Assembly: GCA_963822405.1 (NCBI GenBank) | Contig: CAWGHH010000001.1 | Coordinates: 227,717 to 291,716 of the forward strand | Source of the DNA: Candidatus Uhrbacteria bacterium | GTDB lineage: Bacteria; Patescibacteriota; Patescibacteriia; UBA9934 | Direction of reading: 5' to 3' | Length of the DNA stretch: 64,000 nt | Notes under the pieces: generated by a model | What the model saw: only the letters and a program-made list of their open reading frames with translations | What the model was told of the DNA's origin: nothing | Database searches by the model: none | Position numbers and translations under genes: made by a program | In this document: positions 30,960 to 40,882 of the stretch, in pieces | Layout: every line of letters begins with the position of its first letter | Numbering within the stretch: position 1 is the stretch's first letter

Positions 30960-31987
30960 ATGGTTCCCATCGATATTCGTGCTTATATGGCGTATACGTT
31001 GGCTTTTACTCCCGAGGAGAATACGCTCCGTGCTGAACTGATGGACTGGCTGCCGGTCGAGATCGTTGATAGTCATGCACACAGCAATATGCCTGAGCAT
31101 GTGTCTTCGGTCGATTCCCGGGCGTACGCCCACATGCTTTCGACGTTCCCCTTTTCTCTTTGGAGGATTCGAAGGCTATGCATCAGCGATTTTTTCCGGG
31201 AAAGAAGGTTCGTGCCTTGCGCTTCTCTCATGTGTTTCGTGGCATTGATCATCGGATCGTGAATTCGTATCTAATTGCCGAAAGTGCATCGACAGATCGC
31301 GTCGCCCTGTACGGGCTGCCGGACGACGAAGAGTATACGGTGGAGGAGTTGCGGACTGGCAGGTACTCGGCTCTTAAAATGTACTACTTGTATCTTGAGC
31401 CTCCGGGTACGGAGATCTATCAGTATTTTCCACCCCGAATCCTCAGGGAGGCAGAGCGTCTAGGAGTGCCGATCATTCTTCATCTGCCGAGGCGCATCAC
31501 GCAGTGTCTGCCGGATCTTCTTCGTCTGATCTCAGACTTCCCTCGTCTCACAGTGGTGCTCGCGCATCTGGGTCTTACCAAGATGCCCGTTCCTGGCCTC
31601 GCGGAGGCGTATGCATCTGTAGCCGTGCACGACAATATCTTCATGGATACAGCAATGGTGCCGAGTGCCGAAGTCGTAAAGATGGCACTCGCCGCTTTTG
31701 GGAGTAAGCGCATCCTTTTTGGTTCTGACGAACCTGTGAGTATGGTTCGTGCAGTTGTGTATGCCCATCCAGATTTGGGTCAGCGCCTGATCACAGAATA
31801 CCCATATCACTGGGTAAATCCAGAAGAGCATCGGAGTTTCAGGCATTTGGCTAAAGGAGCAATGCACGGTCTGTGGCCTGCACTGCGAGCCATCAAAGAA
31901 GCAGTCGAATCATTGGATGAGGAAGAGCGGTCTAAAGCTAGACAACGCATCTTTCACAACAACGCGGTCAAAGTGTTTGGCTTCTAA
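30960..31987 (+). pseudogene. amidohydrolase-2 family metal-dependent hydrolase, reading frame broken near 31150-31200
   Basis: The N-terminal IVDSHAH metal-binding motif is in frame 0 (30960-31262). The TIM-barrel remainder (PIILHLPRR...VLAHLG...LFGSDEP) is in frame 2 (31160-31987), and a T6 run lies at 31190-31195. Confidence 0.5.
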
Positions 31988-32040
31988 GTAAGTACAACGA
32001 TAAAGACCCCGGACACGTCGTGCTCCGGGGTCACCTTTTT

Positions 32041-33039
32041 ATGAAGAGTTTAAAGTATCTAATAATTTTTGGAGCCTCACTAGTCGTTTTAATCACGATC
32101 GGTACTTTTGTGTATTCAGAATTGCACGCCCCATCTCTTGAAAGAGACTTGATATCGACCGGAGTGCACGCCGATATCGGGGTTATTGGTTACGACGGGG
32201 AAGGTGACATGACCGCTAGTGACGGCGCTCGTATTCATTATTGGTTTTATAACAGAGGTAGTAAGCTGGTTACGGTATTTTTCCATGGAGGCCCCGGTCA
32301 TGGTTCTGAGGATTTTAGAGTTTGGCAGGCGGAGGCTCATGCAGATGAGATCGGTTCTATATTGGTATTTGATCAGCGGGGGAGTGGCGAATCGGAAATG
32401 CGAAAGGAATTTGAAAATACAATTACCTTTGATCGCTATATTCAAGACATTGATGAATTACGAAATTATGTTATTCCGAACAACGAGGTGGTCATTTTTG
32501 GTCGATCATTTGGTGGACTTTTGGCTATGAACTACGCCAACTCGCAGCCGATCGGTGTTAAGGGCTACATGATTGTTGCCCCTGAACCAATGAACATGTA
32601 TGGAGATGAAGATCTAGATGAAGCTTTTACTAAAAAATACACAGAAAAGTATTTATGGGATCAGTTTGTGGCGGATTCCAATCTCATCTATAAGAGAGTT
32701 AACGATAGTGGGTACGTTGAGCCGGTAGTGAAAGAGCTAACTCATGAGGAGATTAGAATTGAGGAAGAAACTCAGCTTGATTTTAATAAAGCGATTGAGC
32801 AAAACATGCCGGAATTAAAGGATGATAATTATCATTTAGTTGCCGCATTGGCAGATGTACCAACTTTGGTGGTATTCGGATCATACGATTTTATGGTTCC
32901 GCCATTTGTGATTGAAAAAATGAAACCATATTTACCGCACGCCACATTTCTTGAACTCGAAGGTAGCCATTTTGTGGCCTATGCACTTCAGGACGAATTT
33001 TTTGCTGGGGTAAAAACATTTTTCGAAAGCTTAAAATAA
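32041..33039 (+). CDS. alpha/beta hydrolase, proline iminopeptidase (S33)-like
   Basis: N-terminal signal/anchor, HGGPG oxyanion motif (VFFHGGPGHGS) and GRSFGG nucleophile elbow. Confidence 0.7.
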   Translation: MKSLKYLIIFGASLVVLITIGTFVYSELHAPSLERDLISTGVHADIGVIGYDGEGDMTASDGARIHYWFYNRGSKLVTVFFHGGPGHGSEDFRVWQAEAHADEIGSILVFDQRGSGESEMRKEFENTITFDRYIQDIDELRNYVIPNNEVVIFGRSFGGLLAMNYANSQPIGVKGYMIVAPEPMNMYGDEDLDEAFTKKYTEKYLWDQFVADSNLIYKRVNDSGYVEPVVKELTHEEIRIEEETQLDFNKAIEQNMPELKDDNYHLVAALADVPTLVVFGSYDFMVPPFVIEKMKPYLPHATFLELEGSHFVAYALQDEFFAGVKTFFESLK

Positions 33040-33086
33040 TCCCATTAACAGGCTATTTTTCTGTTTTTGCCTAAACTAAACCGCAC

Positions 33087-33407
33087 CTATGAGAGGTGCG
33101 GGGCGACGGCGAGCGCGGAAGGCTGCCGATTTACGTGGTTGTAGTAGTGTACTTGGCCGATCGCGTAAAGTGCGAAAGCGATGCAGGGGATTTGCGGGTA
33201 CACGATGTAGTAGGTCCCGTCATGGAGGCCGGCGAGGATCCAGAGGATGCAGGCGCCAACCGTCCAGTACTGCTTACGGGCGGACATGCCCTTTGTTGAT
33301 CCGAGTTTGCGGTTGATCTTGATTTGATCGACCATGCCGTCGAAGATGATGCCAAGTTGGAATGCGCTAGCCAGATTACCAATGGTCAGCAGATCGATGA
33401 GATGCAT
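33087..33407 (-). CDS. hypothetical small membrane protein
   Basis: 106-aa ORF with 3 predicted TM helices. The overlapping + strand ORFs are GC-driven and regarded as spurious. Confidence 0.35.
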   Translation of the reverse strand: MHLIDLLTIGNLASAFQLGIIFDGMVDQIKINRKLGSTKGMSARKQYWTVGACILWILAGLHDGTYYIVYPQIPCIAFALYAIGQVHYYNHVNRQPSALAVAPHLS

Positions 33408-33569
33408 GAGTTACTCCTGTTTAAACATTTCATGATAGCACAAAATGAGGGTTTTGTCAACCAAAAAAGCTGTAATTTTCGCTGTTATTAGCGATTATAT
33501 GAGTGCTCCGGAATAACCGGTACCATTATTTTATTGTGTTTGGTATCTTATGGTCGCGAATAACACATA

Positions 33570-33905
33570 ATGAGGGGGTGGCCTGTGATTTCAGCATTGG
33601 TGTTGTTTGTTATGACGTTCGTTGGGATAGCGTGGAACTCATTTGACGTGTATTTGCTGTCCTATCGTCTGGTTAAGCTGGGACCCAGCCAGTATATCGA
33701 AACAAATCGTGTACAGGTGATGCTCGGTGGAATGTTTGTTATATGGTCCTACCAGTGGGGCGTAGTTTATGAACATTCCATCGGTGCTAGTCCGTATTTT
33801 CTGATGATGCGGGCTATTCTGCTCATTGCATCCATCGTACAGATGATTGGTATTGTCACGTATTTCCTTCTCTTGCGAAAGTTTAAGATAGAGAATAAGT
33901 CTTAA
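33570..33905 (+). CDS. hypothetical small membrane protein
   Basis: 111-aa ORF with 3 predicted TM helices (ISALVLFVMTFVGIAW; MLGGMFVIWSYQW; AILLIASIVQMIGIVTYFLLL). Confidence 0.35.
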   Translation: MRGWPVISALVLFVMTFVGIAWNSFDVYLLSYRLVKLGPSQYIETNRVQVMLGGMFVIWSYQWGVVYEHSIGASPYFLMMRAILLIASIVQMIGIVTYFLLLRKFKIENKS

Positions 33906-33971
33906 AGTTACGTCACGGGCGTCAGCCTCGAGATACACTCGGGGCTTTTCTTTTTCTTATCCCCAGACTCT

Positions 33972-33985
33972 GTCGGTGGTCACCG
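33972..33985 (+). promoter_or_regulatory. palindromic site GTCGGTG-gt-CACCG (copy 1) upstream of the M23 peptidase gene
   Basis: A near-identical 16-bp palindrome recurs at 34027-34042, 55 bp downstream. Confidence 0.3.
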
Positions 33986-34026
33986 GCAGGCTATTGTCAT
34001 GGTCGAATTGAGGATTTGAAATAGTT

Positions 34027-34042
34027 GTCGGTGGTCACCGAC
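34027..34042 (+). promoter_or_regulatory. palindromic site GTCGGTG-gt-CACCGAC (copy 2)
   Basis: Perfect 7-bp arms around a GT centre; direct repeat of 33972-33985. Confidence 0.3.
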
Positions 34043-34419
34043 ATGTATTGGTTCTGCGCTCGTTGAGCGTATTTTTGTTTCAAGGCTTAATGGCTTTAGA
34101 ACGTTCTACGCCAGCCGGCCAGCTGGCAACACGCCTGGCATAGCCGGGCAAGCAACTGAACATCTAATGCGTCCTAACTGAACAAAAGGGAAGGACACCT
34201 TGGAGAGCAGAAGCGATTATGACTTGTAGATGACTGCCGGGAATGGAGCTTTAACTGGGGAGTTTGGCTCTATTCCCGTTCTCGATAGGAGGAAATACCG
34301 ACCTCTATCTCCTCTCTCTCCTCGTGTCGGCATTGGATTCTTCTCTCCGAACGTTAGTTCGTACTCCCATATCGTTCGGGGTGGAATAATCTTCCCCAAT
34401 TACTTGTTTGGAGGATCTC

Positions 34420-36174
34420 ATGGATCGTCAGTATCGTCCGGTGTTCTTCCTGGTCAGTGTATTCCTTCAGGGTTGTGGCCCTCAGTATGCGCTCGACCAA
34501 GCGTTGGACGAGCAGAACGGAACGGCCGAAAACAATGGAGAAGGCGGTGGTACGGATGTGATCGTGGCTAATATGCCCTTTGCGAAGGGCTATGGCAGCC
34601 GGTGTGTGCAGGGCGCGAATGGCTCCTACTCGCATCAGTACACGAGCACGAAGTACGACCTCGACTTCGATACGCCGAACGACACGAAGGACCTCATCTA
34701 CGCGCCTATGAGCGGAACCGCGTATGTCCACGATGACGGAACGCACGGCTTCGGCCGGCACGTGAACCTGGATCTGCACGACGGCACGTACCTCATCATG
34801 GGGCACATGTCTGACGTGTTCATTCAAAACGGGACTGACGTGGCTGCGGGACAGATCCTGGGGTTTGAAGGAACCACGGGAAACTCGACCGGCGATCACG
34901 TGCACTTTGGACGGCATTCGGGCGACGCCAAGAAGGCGGGTAGCTACGGCGCCAGTTTGTCTGGGCTGAAGGTCAGAATGTTCGACGTGAACACGAACGT
35001 GGACGCGGACGTCATGACAAGTGACGCGACGTGCTCGCTCTCCGGCGGCCATCTGTATAAGTCGGAACTGCCGACTGCGCACTGGCATCCGGTGGGTACG
35101 TTCCTCAAGCGTCCGGGCGATTCGCTCGTGTTCGAGCGGGTGACGGGAAACGGCGTGCTCGCCTACATGAACGAGAACGCGTTTCTCTCCCGGGGTTACA
35201 GCTTTACGGACGTGGCCCTCATGTCCGATGAGGAGCTGGCCTGTTACTCCAGGGCGGTGACCGTTTCCAGCGCGGGTTACGTGCGGGCGCTACGGGATTC
35301 CAGTGGCGACGCCTGGATTCTCATTGGCCAGACGAACGACTCTGGGCGAAAGCGTCTTCGGGTGGACGAGACTGGCGTGGTGGGGATTCTGCAGAGCTAC
35401 GGTATCAGGGCGAGTTCGTATGACGACATCGATCACGGCGCTGACTCGGAAATCAGTTCGTACCCGAGCGCGGGGCGGGCGAGTTACCGGGACGGAACGC
35501 TGGTCTCCCAAGAAGGGAAGAGCGACGTGTACATCATGAACGCTGGCGTGGCCATGCCCATTCGGGACTGGAATACGCTACTCCTCATGGGGTTCAGCGG
35601 TCGGGACATTATTCGGGTGACCGGCGACGAGCTCCTGACGAACGTCACGTCAAAGGGCAACTGCAGTACGGACACGTATTGCATCACGAAAGAAGATATT
35701 ACCGAGTGCGCTCACACAGAGGAGGTTGACGATGCGAACGAATTCGAAACGGATTCAGGAACTGGTGCGCAGGGGAATGATGATTCGGGAGGGAACCAAG
35801 ATTCGGCAGTGGCAGATCAAGCGTTTACGCTTCAGTGGGTCACGCCGAATCGGCTGCTGGCTGATTGGATCACGGTAGCTGGTACCTGGACCCCGGCGTC
35901 CGGGGAAACCATCGGCTGGGATCCTATGCTGGCCGGCGTGCACAACGCGAACTCCGTCATCTACAGCAAACACAGCGTGAGTCACGGCGACAAATTCCGT
36001 TTCTCCATGGCCTACGGCTTGGGGAGCGCAGAATCCTGGTCATGCTTGGCACCTTTTCCGCCGGGCATCACTCGGGGCTCGCTCGTGACCGAAGTGGACG
36101 GTGTCTCCGTTTCCGTGCACACCGTGGCGGATCCAAATTCCGCCGGGTGTCAGCTTGAACTCGTCATTCCGTAG
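34420..36174 (+). CDS. M23 family metallopeptidase lipoprotein with long C-terminal extension
   Basis: Lipobox FLQGC. LytM-type catalytic motifs: HDGTHGFGRH.N.D (HxxxD; last D inferred from the translation) and GDHVHFG (HxH). An ~350-aa C-terminal domain of unknown function follows. Confidence 0.7.
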   Translation: MDRQYRPVFFLVSVFLQGCGPQYALDQALDEQNGTAENNGEGGGTDVIVANMPFAKGYGSRCVQGANGSYSHQYTSTKYDLDFDTPNDTKDLIYAPMSGTAYVHDDGTHGFGRHVNLDLHDGTYLIMGHMSDVFIQNGTDVAAGQILGFEGTTGNSTGDHVHFGRHSGDAKKAGSYGASLSGLKVRMFDVNTNVDADVMTSDATCSLSGGHLYKSELPTAHWHPVGTFLKRPGDSLVFERVTGNGVLAYMNENAFLSRGYSFTDVALMSDEELACYSRAVTVSSAGYVRALRDSSGDAWILIGQTNDSGRKRLRVDETGVVGILQSYGIRASSYDDIDHGADSEISSYPSAGRASYRDGTLVSQEGKSDVYIMNAGVAMPIRDWNTLLLMGFSGRDIIRVTGDELLTNVTSKGNCSTDTYCITKEDITECAHTEEVDDANEFETDSGTGAQGNDDSGGNQDSAVADQAFTLQWVTPNRLLADWITVAGTWTPASGETIGWDPMLAGVHNANSVIYSKHSVSHGDKFRFSMAYGLGSAESWSCLAPFPPGITRGSLVTEVDGVSVSVHTVADPNSAGCQLELVIP

Positions 36175-36242
36175 AACTCGTGGGACGCTCATGGAATATC
36201 CGTGAGCGTCCTAACTTTTTTTCATGATATAATTCACTCGCT

Positions 36243-39194
36243 ATGCACATTAGACCGTTCCTGCGGTCACTACTAAGTTTCTTTTCTCGTCACAAGGGAG
36301 CAATAATGATTGCGTCTCTATTTTTGGTCGTCGGTATTTCATTGTTCGGCGGGGCTCACATGGTTTCGGCGCAGGACTTGGGTACATCTGATCCAACAAC
36401 CGGCGAGTCCTCGTCAGCGGTTGGCACTGCCGCGAAGACAGCGGCGGCAATATTTTCTGGTGCGACTTTTGTGAACACCGTTTTAAGTGCCTTGACCTAT
36501 ATTCTTAACTATATAGTCATTGCTCTTGGAAAAATTACCATCTTGCTGATTGAGATAATCATCATTCCAATTTTAAACTACAATTCTTTTTCTTCAAGCC
36601 CGATTATTGGTCTTGGCTGGTCACTAGTACGTGACGTGATGAACATGTTTGTGATTGTGGCTTTGATTGCAATTGCCGTTTTAACCATCGTCGGCAATCA
36701 CAAAGCTCACTGGGAGCAACAGCTACCACAATTACTTATTGCGGTTGTGCTCATGAATTTTAGTCGAACAATCTGTGGACTATTTATTGATGTCAGTCAG
36801 GTGATCATGTTTACATTCGTTAATGCTTTGCTCGATATTGCTTCCGGCAACTTTATTCAGCTCTTCCAGCTTCAGGATTTTGGTAAGTTAAATCCCGTCA
36901 CTATCACCGCCTCTATAGTTGACGGCAATGGTTTTGATCCGTTCAGGCAATTCATTGAGGCATTTCTACAGATTCCTCTGTATGGTTCCATTGTTGCCAT
37001 CTTGTTCTTACTCGCTCTCGCGTTTCTTTACCGTATCGTTCTCCTCTGGATCCTGGTCATCTTGTCACCAATGGCCTTTTTCATGGGTGGTATTAAGGGA
37101 ATTTTTCATGGCGCAGAAAAATCTGCTGGTGACTGGTGGGGCAAGTTCACCGGCGCTCTCATGATGGGGCCTATTCTTACTTTCTTCCTCTGGCTTGCTC
37201 TGGCCGCTGCTTCAAGCGGTTCTATGGCCACGGCCGAGCATTTTGATGCTGCCACAGCCGGTGACACTACATTCTTCGTAGCCGCTCTTGACTCTAGTCA
37301 CGTAACTAGTCTTCTTCTTGCTCTCATTCTCCTCACAGTCGGCATGCAAATTGCCGGCGAACAGGCCAGCAAAGTTGGTGGCGCCGCCGCTTCACTTATT
37401 AATGAAGGTATGGGCAAGAAAGTTGTGGGCGGCGCGCTTAGGATGTCTACTGCTCCTATGCGATATGCGGCCACTGAAGGTGCGGCTAGAGCTAATATTG
37501 CGCTTGCTCCGACCGGATCAAAGTCGCTCATGGAAGGTGTCGGTAAGAAGATCGTTGGCGCAGGCGCGGCCGTTGGTGGAGTTCCATTGCTTGGTGCAGG
37601 TTTAGCTTCCATGGGCGGTGCAGCTGAAACATATGGAGCCAGTGTCCGTAAGGGACGTGAAGAGGCTGCTGTTAAGGCTTTCGCCGGTCAGAGTGAATCG
37701 CAAAAAATGGCTACGGTTGACATGATGGAGAAGAATCCTGGTCGATCTTCGGTAGAGGATCAGAAAGCCGTACAGAAGTCTTATCTTGATGATAAATTTA
37801 GAAAAGACAGAGAGAAGCATCTTGTTGACGGCGGTATGAATCCGGATGTTGCCAAGAAGAACGTTGAAGATAAATTCATTTCTACACTTTCCGGAGATCT
37901 TGAAAAGGTAGACACCTTGCCGGAAGCTGAGCAGACAAAGGTTTACGGCATGGCAAGCAAGAATATTGCTAAGATTTATAATAGCGGACCAAAGGGTGAA
38001 GAGATGGCCAAGAAGCTTATTGCTGGTGACAAGTTTGTGACCAGTAAGTTATACGATCAGGCTGAGGCTTTTGACGAAGTAAAAAATCCTGGAGTAGCTA
38101 AGCTTATTAAGGGCAAGCCAACCGACAAGATGAAACGCAATAAGGACGGCGAAATAATCGGAGCATATACGCAGGGAGAATTGGCCGCAACTGGTCAGTA
38201 TGGGCAGAAAGTTAAGGACATGGTTAATCCAACCGTCGCGCCAACTGTCCGTCAGCAGGCACATTTTGAAGAGCTCAAAACACAGGGCAGTGATGCGGGT
38301 GCATTTAAAGAGGCATTTGATAAAGAGAAAATTAGTGTTGCTGACGTTAAGGCTGGGGATTTTGCGGGCGACAGGGGAAATCAATTAACACAAGCGCTTG
38401 TGAGCGCAAAAGTTAATGTCGATAATCTTGGAGCTGGATCGTTCGATCCTTCCGTAGCTACCAATCCAGTTAGACAAGAGTTCGTAAAGAATGTTGTTTC
38501 TCAGCAAAAGGCCCAGGTTATCACTAGTGCGCTATCAAGCGGGAAAGTTACTTTGGCCGAGGTTAAGGAGTCTGACTTCACAGGTGCTACTACAGCTCAG
38601 AAATTTGAGCTAACGCGTGGCATTGTTGGAGCTGACGATACTTTGAAGGAGGAATACATGGATCCGCAGGTTCGTGACGCATTTGCGACTTCCGTGTCTG
38701 AGATGGGGTCTTTGGGTGTTCTCGGTCAGGAAGATGTGGCAGTAGCACAAGGAATGCTTCTTAGAGCTGGTAAGCCGGTGGAGGAGGTATTGCCAACGAT
38801 CCACTTGAGTCCAGTTGCTCTACCATCGTCATCTCAAGATCTTAGTCGCTTAGGTCAGCTTGTAAAGAATGATGCTGGAACTGCTAGGCATTTTGCTCCG
38901 GCGGTACCAGCAGATCTTGCAGCTCCAAATGAGATTACTAAGGTTATTTCTGAAAACATCAAGCCTGCTCAACTCAAGAAGTTAGTAGAGCAGATTTTGT
39001 CGGCTAAGGATGATCAAATGAAGGCTCAATCACGGGCGAGTCTTGAGACTATTGCTAAAGCGGTTGAAGTCCAGCATGCAGCGGCTCAAAGGCAGGCTTA
39101 TCTTCCTGGTGCTGGGAATGCCACAAAGCGTCAGCGTCTTAATGATTTGCACGATCAACTTTCTGAAACGATGCACACTGTGCGTTCGCTGTAA
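36243..39194 (+). CDS. large polytopic membrane protein, VirB6/TrbL/PrgH-like (T4SS channel component candidate)
   Basis: Signal sequence plus ~7 TM helices in the first 380 aa, then an ~600-aa Lys/Ala-rich hydrophilic C-terminal region. It lies upstream of PrgI-like and VirB4-like genes. Confidence 0.4.
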   Translation: MHIRPFLRSLLSFFSRHKGAIMIASLFLVVGISLFGGAHMVSAQDLGTSDPTTGESSSAVGTAAKTAAAIFSGATFVNTVLSALTYILNYIVIALGKITILLIEIIIIPILNYNSFSSSPIIGLGWSLVRDVMNMFVIVALIAIAVLTIVGNHKAHWEQQLPQLLIAVVLMNFSRTICGLFIDVSQVIMFTFVNALLDIASGNFIQLFQLQDFGKLNPVTITASIVDGNGFDPFRQFIEAFLQIPLYGSIVAILFLLALAFLYRIVLLWILVILSPMAFFMGGIKGIFHGAEKSAGDWWGKFTGALMMGPILTFFLWLALAAASSGSMATAEHFDAATAGDTTFFVAALDSSHVTSLLLALILLTVGMQIAGEQASKVGGAAASLINEGMGKKVVGGALRMSTAPMRYAATEGAARANIALAPTGSKSLMEGVGKKIVGAGAAVGGVPLLGAGLASMGGAAETYGASVRKGREEAAVKAFAGQSESQKMATVDMMEKNPGRSSVEDQKAVQKSYLDDKFRKDREKHLVDGGMNPDVAKKNVEDKFISTLSGDLEKVDTLPEAEQTKVYGMASKNIAKIYNSGPKGEEMAKKLIAGDKFVTSKLYDQAEAFDEVKNPGVAKLIKGKPTDKMKRNKDGEIIGAYTQGELAATGQYGQKVKDMVNPTVAPTVRQQAHFEELKTQGSDAGAFKEAFDKEKISVADVKAGDFAGDRGNQLTQALVSAKVNVDNLGAGSFDPSVATNPVRQEFVKNVVSQQKAQVITSALSSGKVTLAEVKESDFTGATTAQKFELTRGIVGADDTLKEEYMDPQVRDAFATSVSEMGSLGVLGQEDVAVAQGMLLRAGKPVEEVLPTIHLSPVALPSSSQDLSRLGQLVKNDAGTARHFAPAVPADLAAPNEITKVISENIKPAQLKKLVEQILSAKDDQMKAQSRASLETIAKAVEVQHAAAQRQAYLPGAGNATKRQRLNDLHDQLSETMHTVRSL

Positions 39195-39212
39195 TTGTGA
39201 GGGACTAACCGT

Positions 39213-40859
39213 ATGGCTATTGCTGACCTGCTCAAAATTCCACCGGTCCGTTCCTTTCTGTTGGGAGGCAAGAGCCTTGCTGAATTTAGGGTTGTCGCTA
39301 AAAACAATGATTTACCAGTTGAGCGCGCAGTTGAATTCCTTGATTTGTGTAATGCAGTAATTGATGGGGCGTTGCCAATGGCGGAGGTGCCGGGGATTAT
39401 TGCGCAGGCGTTTGGGAAGGATGAGGAGACGGCTAAAAAGATTTCGGCGGATATTTTTGGGTATCGAATTTTGCCACTTGAACCGTTTATTCCTGGGATT
39501 GGTGCGCAGATCACGGCTTGGGGCGGAAAATTGGAAGACTATCCAGCTAGACCGATTAGCAAAGAGCAAATTACCGCCTTTTCATGGGCGCAGAGGATGA
39601 ATGAGCTTGCTAATCTTGGATTTTCAGATGTGCTTGTGAAGCGTTTAGCCTTACTTCTTGATGGTCGAATTAGAGGCGAGAAAAATGCTGAAGCACTAAG
39701 AACATTTTTCGGTAGGCCGTTGACTATTGGTGGTTTAGCTTTATTGAAGGAAAAAGTTGAAGCTTTGTTGGCAGAAGTAGAGCGTGAGGCACCGTATATT
39801 GAAACAGTATCTGAAGAAGAATGGCAGAAGATAGAAATTGCAAAGGCTGAGGCGGAGGCTGCGGAAGAGGTGGAGGAATCGGCGGAGGGGTTTGGCGACG
39901 CCAAACCCGTACAACAGGAGGTGGCATTGTCGCAGGCTATAGAAATCGCCCCGCCAAAAGAATTAGCAGCAGAGGTGCCGTCAACGGTTGGTTTTGTGCC
40001 GGATAATTTAAAAGAAGTTGTTGATGAAGCTATAGATGCAGTAAAAGAAATACTTTTAGCAGAGAATATTTCTTTGGATAAATTCCGGTCACTAGCTCAG
40101 ATGAATATTAGAGGTGTTCGCGAACCAGGCCAGACGCGGGATATTCTTGAGAAAGAATACAAGTTAGCTGGCGCTGATTTGCGTGTAGTGTTGGATGCGC
40201 TAGCCGCCGGCAAGAAGAGATTTGATTTGGCGAAGGGGTTTGGCGGCGCCAAACCCGTACATAGCGAGGTGCCCGAAGGGCATAATCAGAATGAGTCCAA
40301 GGAATCGAGTGCCCTCGACCAAAAATTTGCGCAACTCACTAAGACCTTGCCGGAAGAATCCATTGAACCAATCATGCCGGGGTCAAGAGTATCGGCGGCG
40401 CGGGACACTCAATCACCCTCGACCAAGAAAATCATTCCTCTTAAGCCTAGGCCAGCCAAGGCTGAGTTAACTGTTGGTAGCGTTGCTCCAGGGGCTGTTG
40501 ATCGAAAGATGACTGACATAGTTCAGGCCTCGCGTTTAATGGGGCCAGTTGATCAGATTCAGAGCTTGTCGACAACTGAGTTTAGGCGCATGTCCAGTGA
40601 TCCCGCTGAGGCTGCGCGGAAAGTGGAAGATTTAATTATTGCGCTGTTAGCTACTGGCTATGAAGAGCGAGTGAGCGGTATTAATGCTTGGCGTAAGAGT
40701 CCTTTGAACCAGATGTATCTAGAGATTTCTGAAGAAGCACTAGGTGCCGGCATGACCATTCCGGATATTTGCAGCAAGCGCCGTAAAGAAAAAAGAGACT
40801 GTTTGAGCCCGGCGGAAATTAAAGCGATTATTGGACTTAATGCCAAGCTGAGATTTTAA
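39213..40859 (+). CDS. hypothetical acidic soluble protein (T4SS-cluster associated)
   Basis: 548 aa, no TM helices. Contains an internal ~44-bp direct repeat, each copy holding the GGGTTTGGCGnCGCCAAACCC palindrome (encoding GFGDAKPV and GFGGAKPV). Confidence 0.4.
   Translation: MAIADLLKIPPVRSFLLGGKSLAEFRVVAKNNDLPVERAVEFLDLCNAVIDGALPMAEVPGIIAQAFGKDEETAKKISADIFGYRILPLEPFIPGIGAQITAWGGKLEDYPARPISKEQITAFSWAQRMNELANLGFSDVLVKRLALLLDGRIRGEKNAEALRTFFGRPLTIGGLALLKEKVEALLAEVEREAPYIETVSEEEWQKIEIAKAEAEAAEEVEESAEGFGDAKPVQQEVALSQAIEIAPPKELAAEVPSTVGFVPDNLKEVVDEAIDAVKEILLAENISLDKFRSLAQMNIRGVREPGQTRDILEKEYKLAGADLRVVLDALAAGKKRFDLAKGFGGAKPVHSEVPEGHNQNESKESSALDQKFAQLTKTLPEESIEPIMPGSRVSAARDTQSPSTKKIIPLKPRPAKAELTVGSVAPGAVDRKMTDIVQASRLMGPVDQIQSLSTTEFRRMSSDPAEAARKVEDLIIALLATGYEERVSGINAWRKSPLNQMYLEISEEALGAGMTIPDICSKRRKEKRDCLSPAEIKAIIGLNAKLRF
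39888..39908 (+). repeat. palindrome GGGTTTGGCGaCGCCAAACCC (in frame inside CDS)
   Basis: Perfect 10-bp arms; the same core is found at 25729-25749 and 40236-40256. Confidence 0.5.
40236..40256 (+). repeat. palindrome GGGTTTGGCGgCGCCAAACCC (in frame inside CDS)
   Basis: Second intragenic copy, 348 bp downstream of the first. Confidence 0.5.
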
Positions 40860-40882
40860 TTTTGGCATGGTAGAATGGTGCT

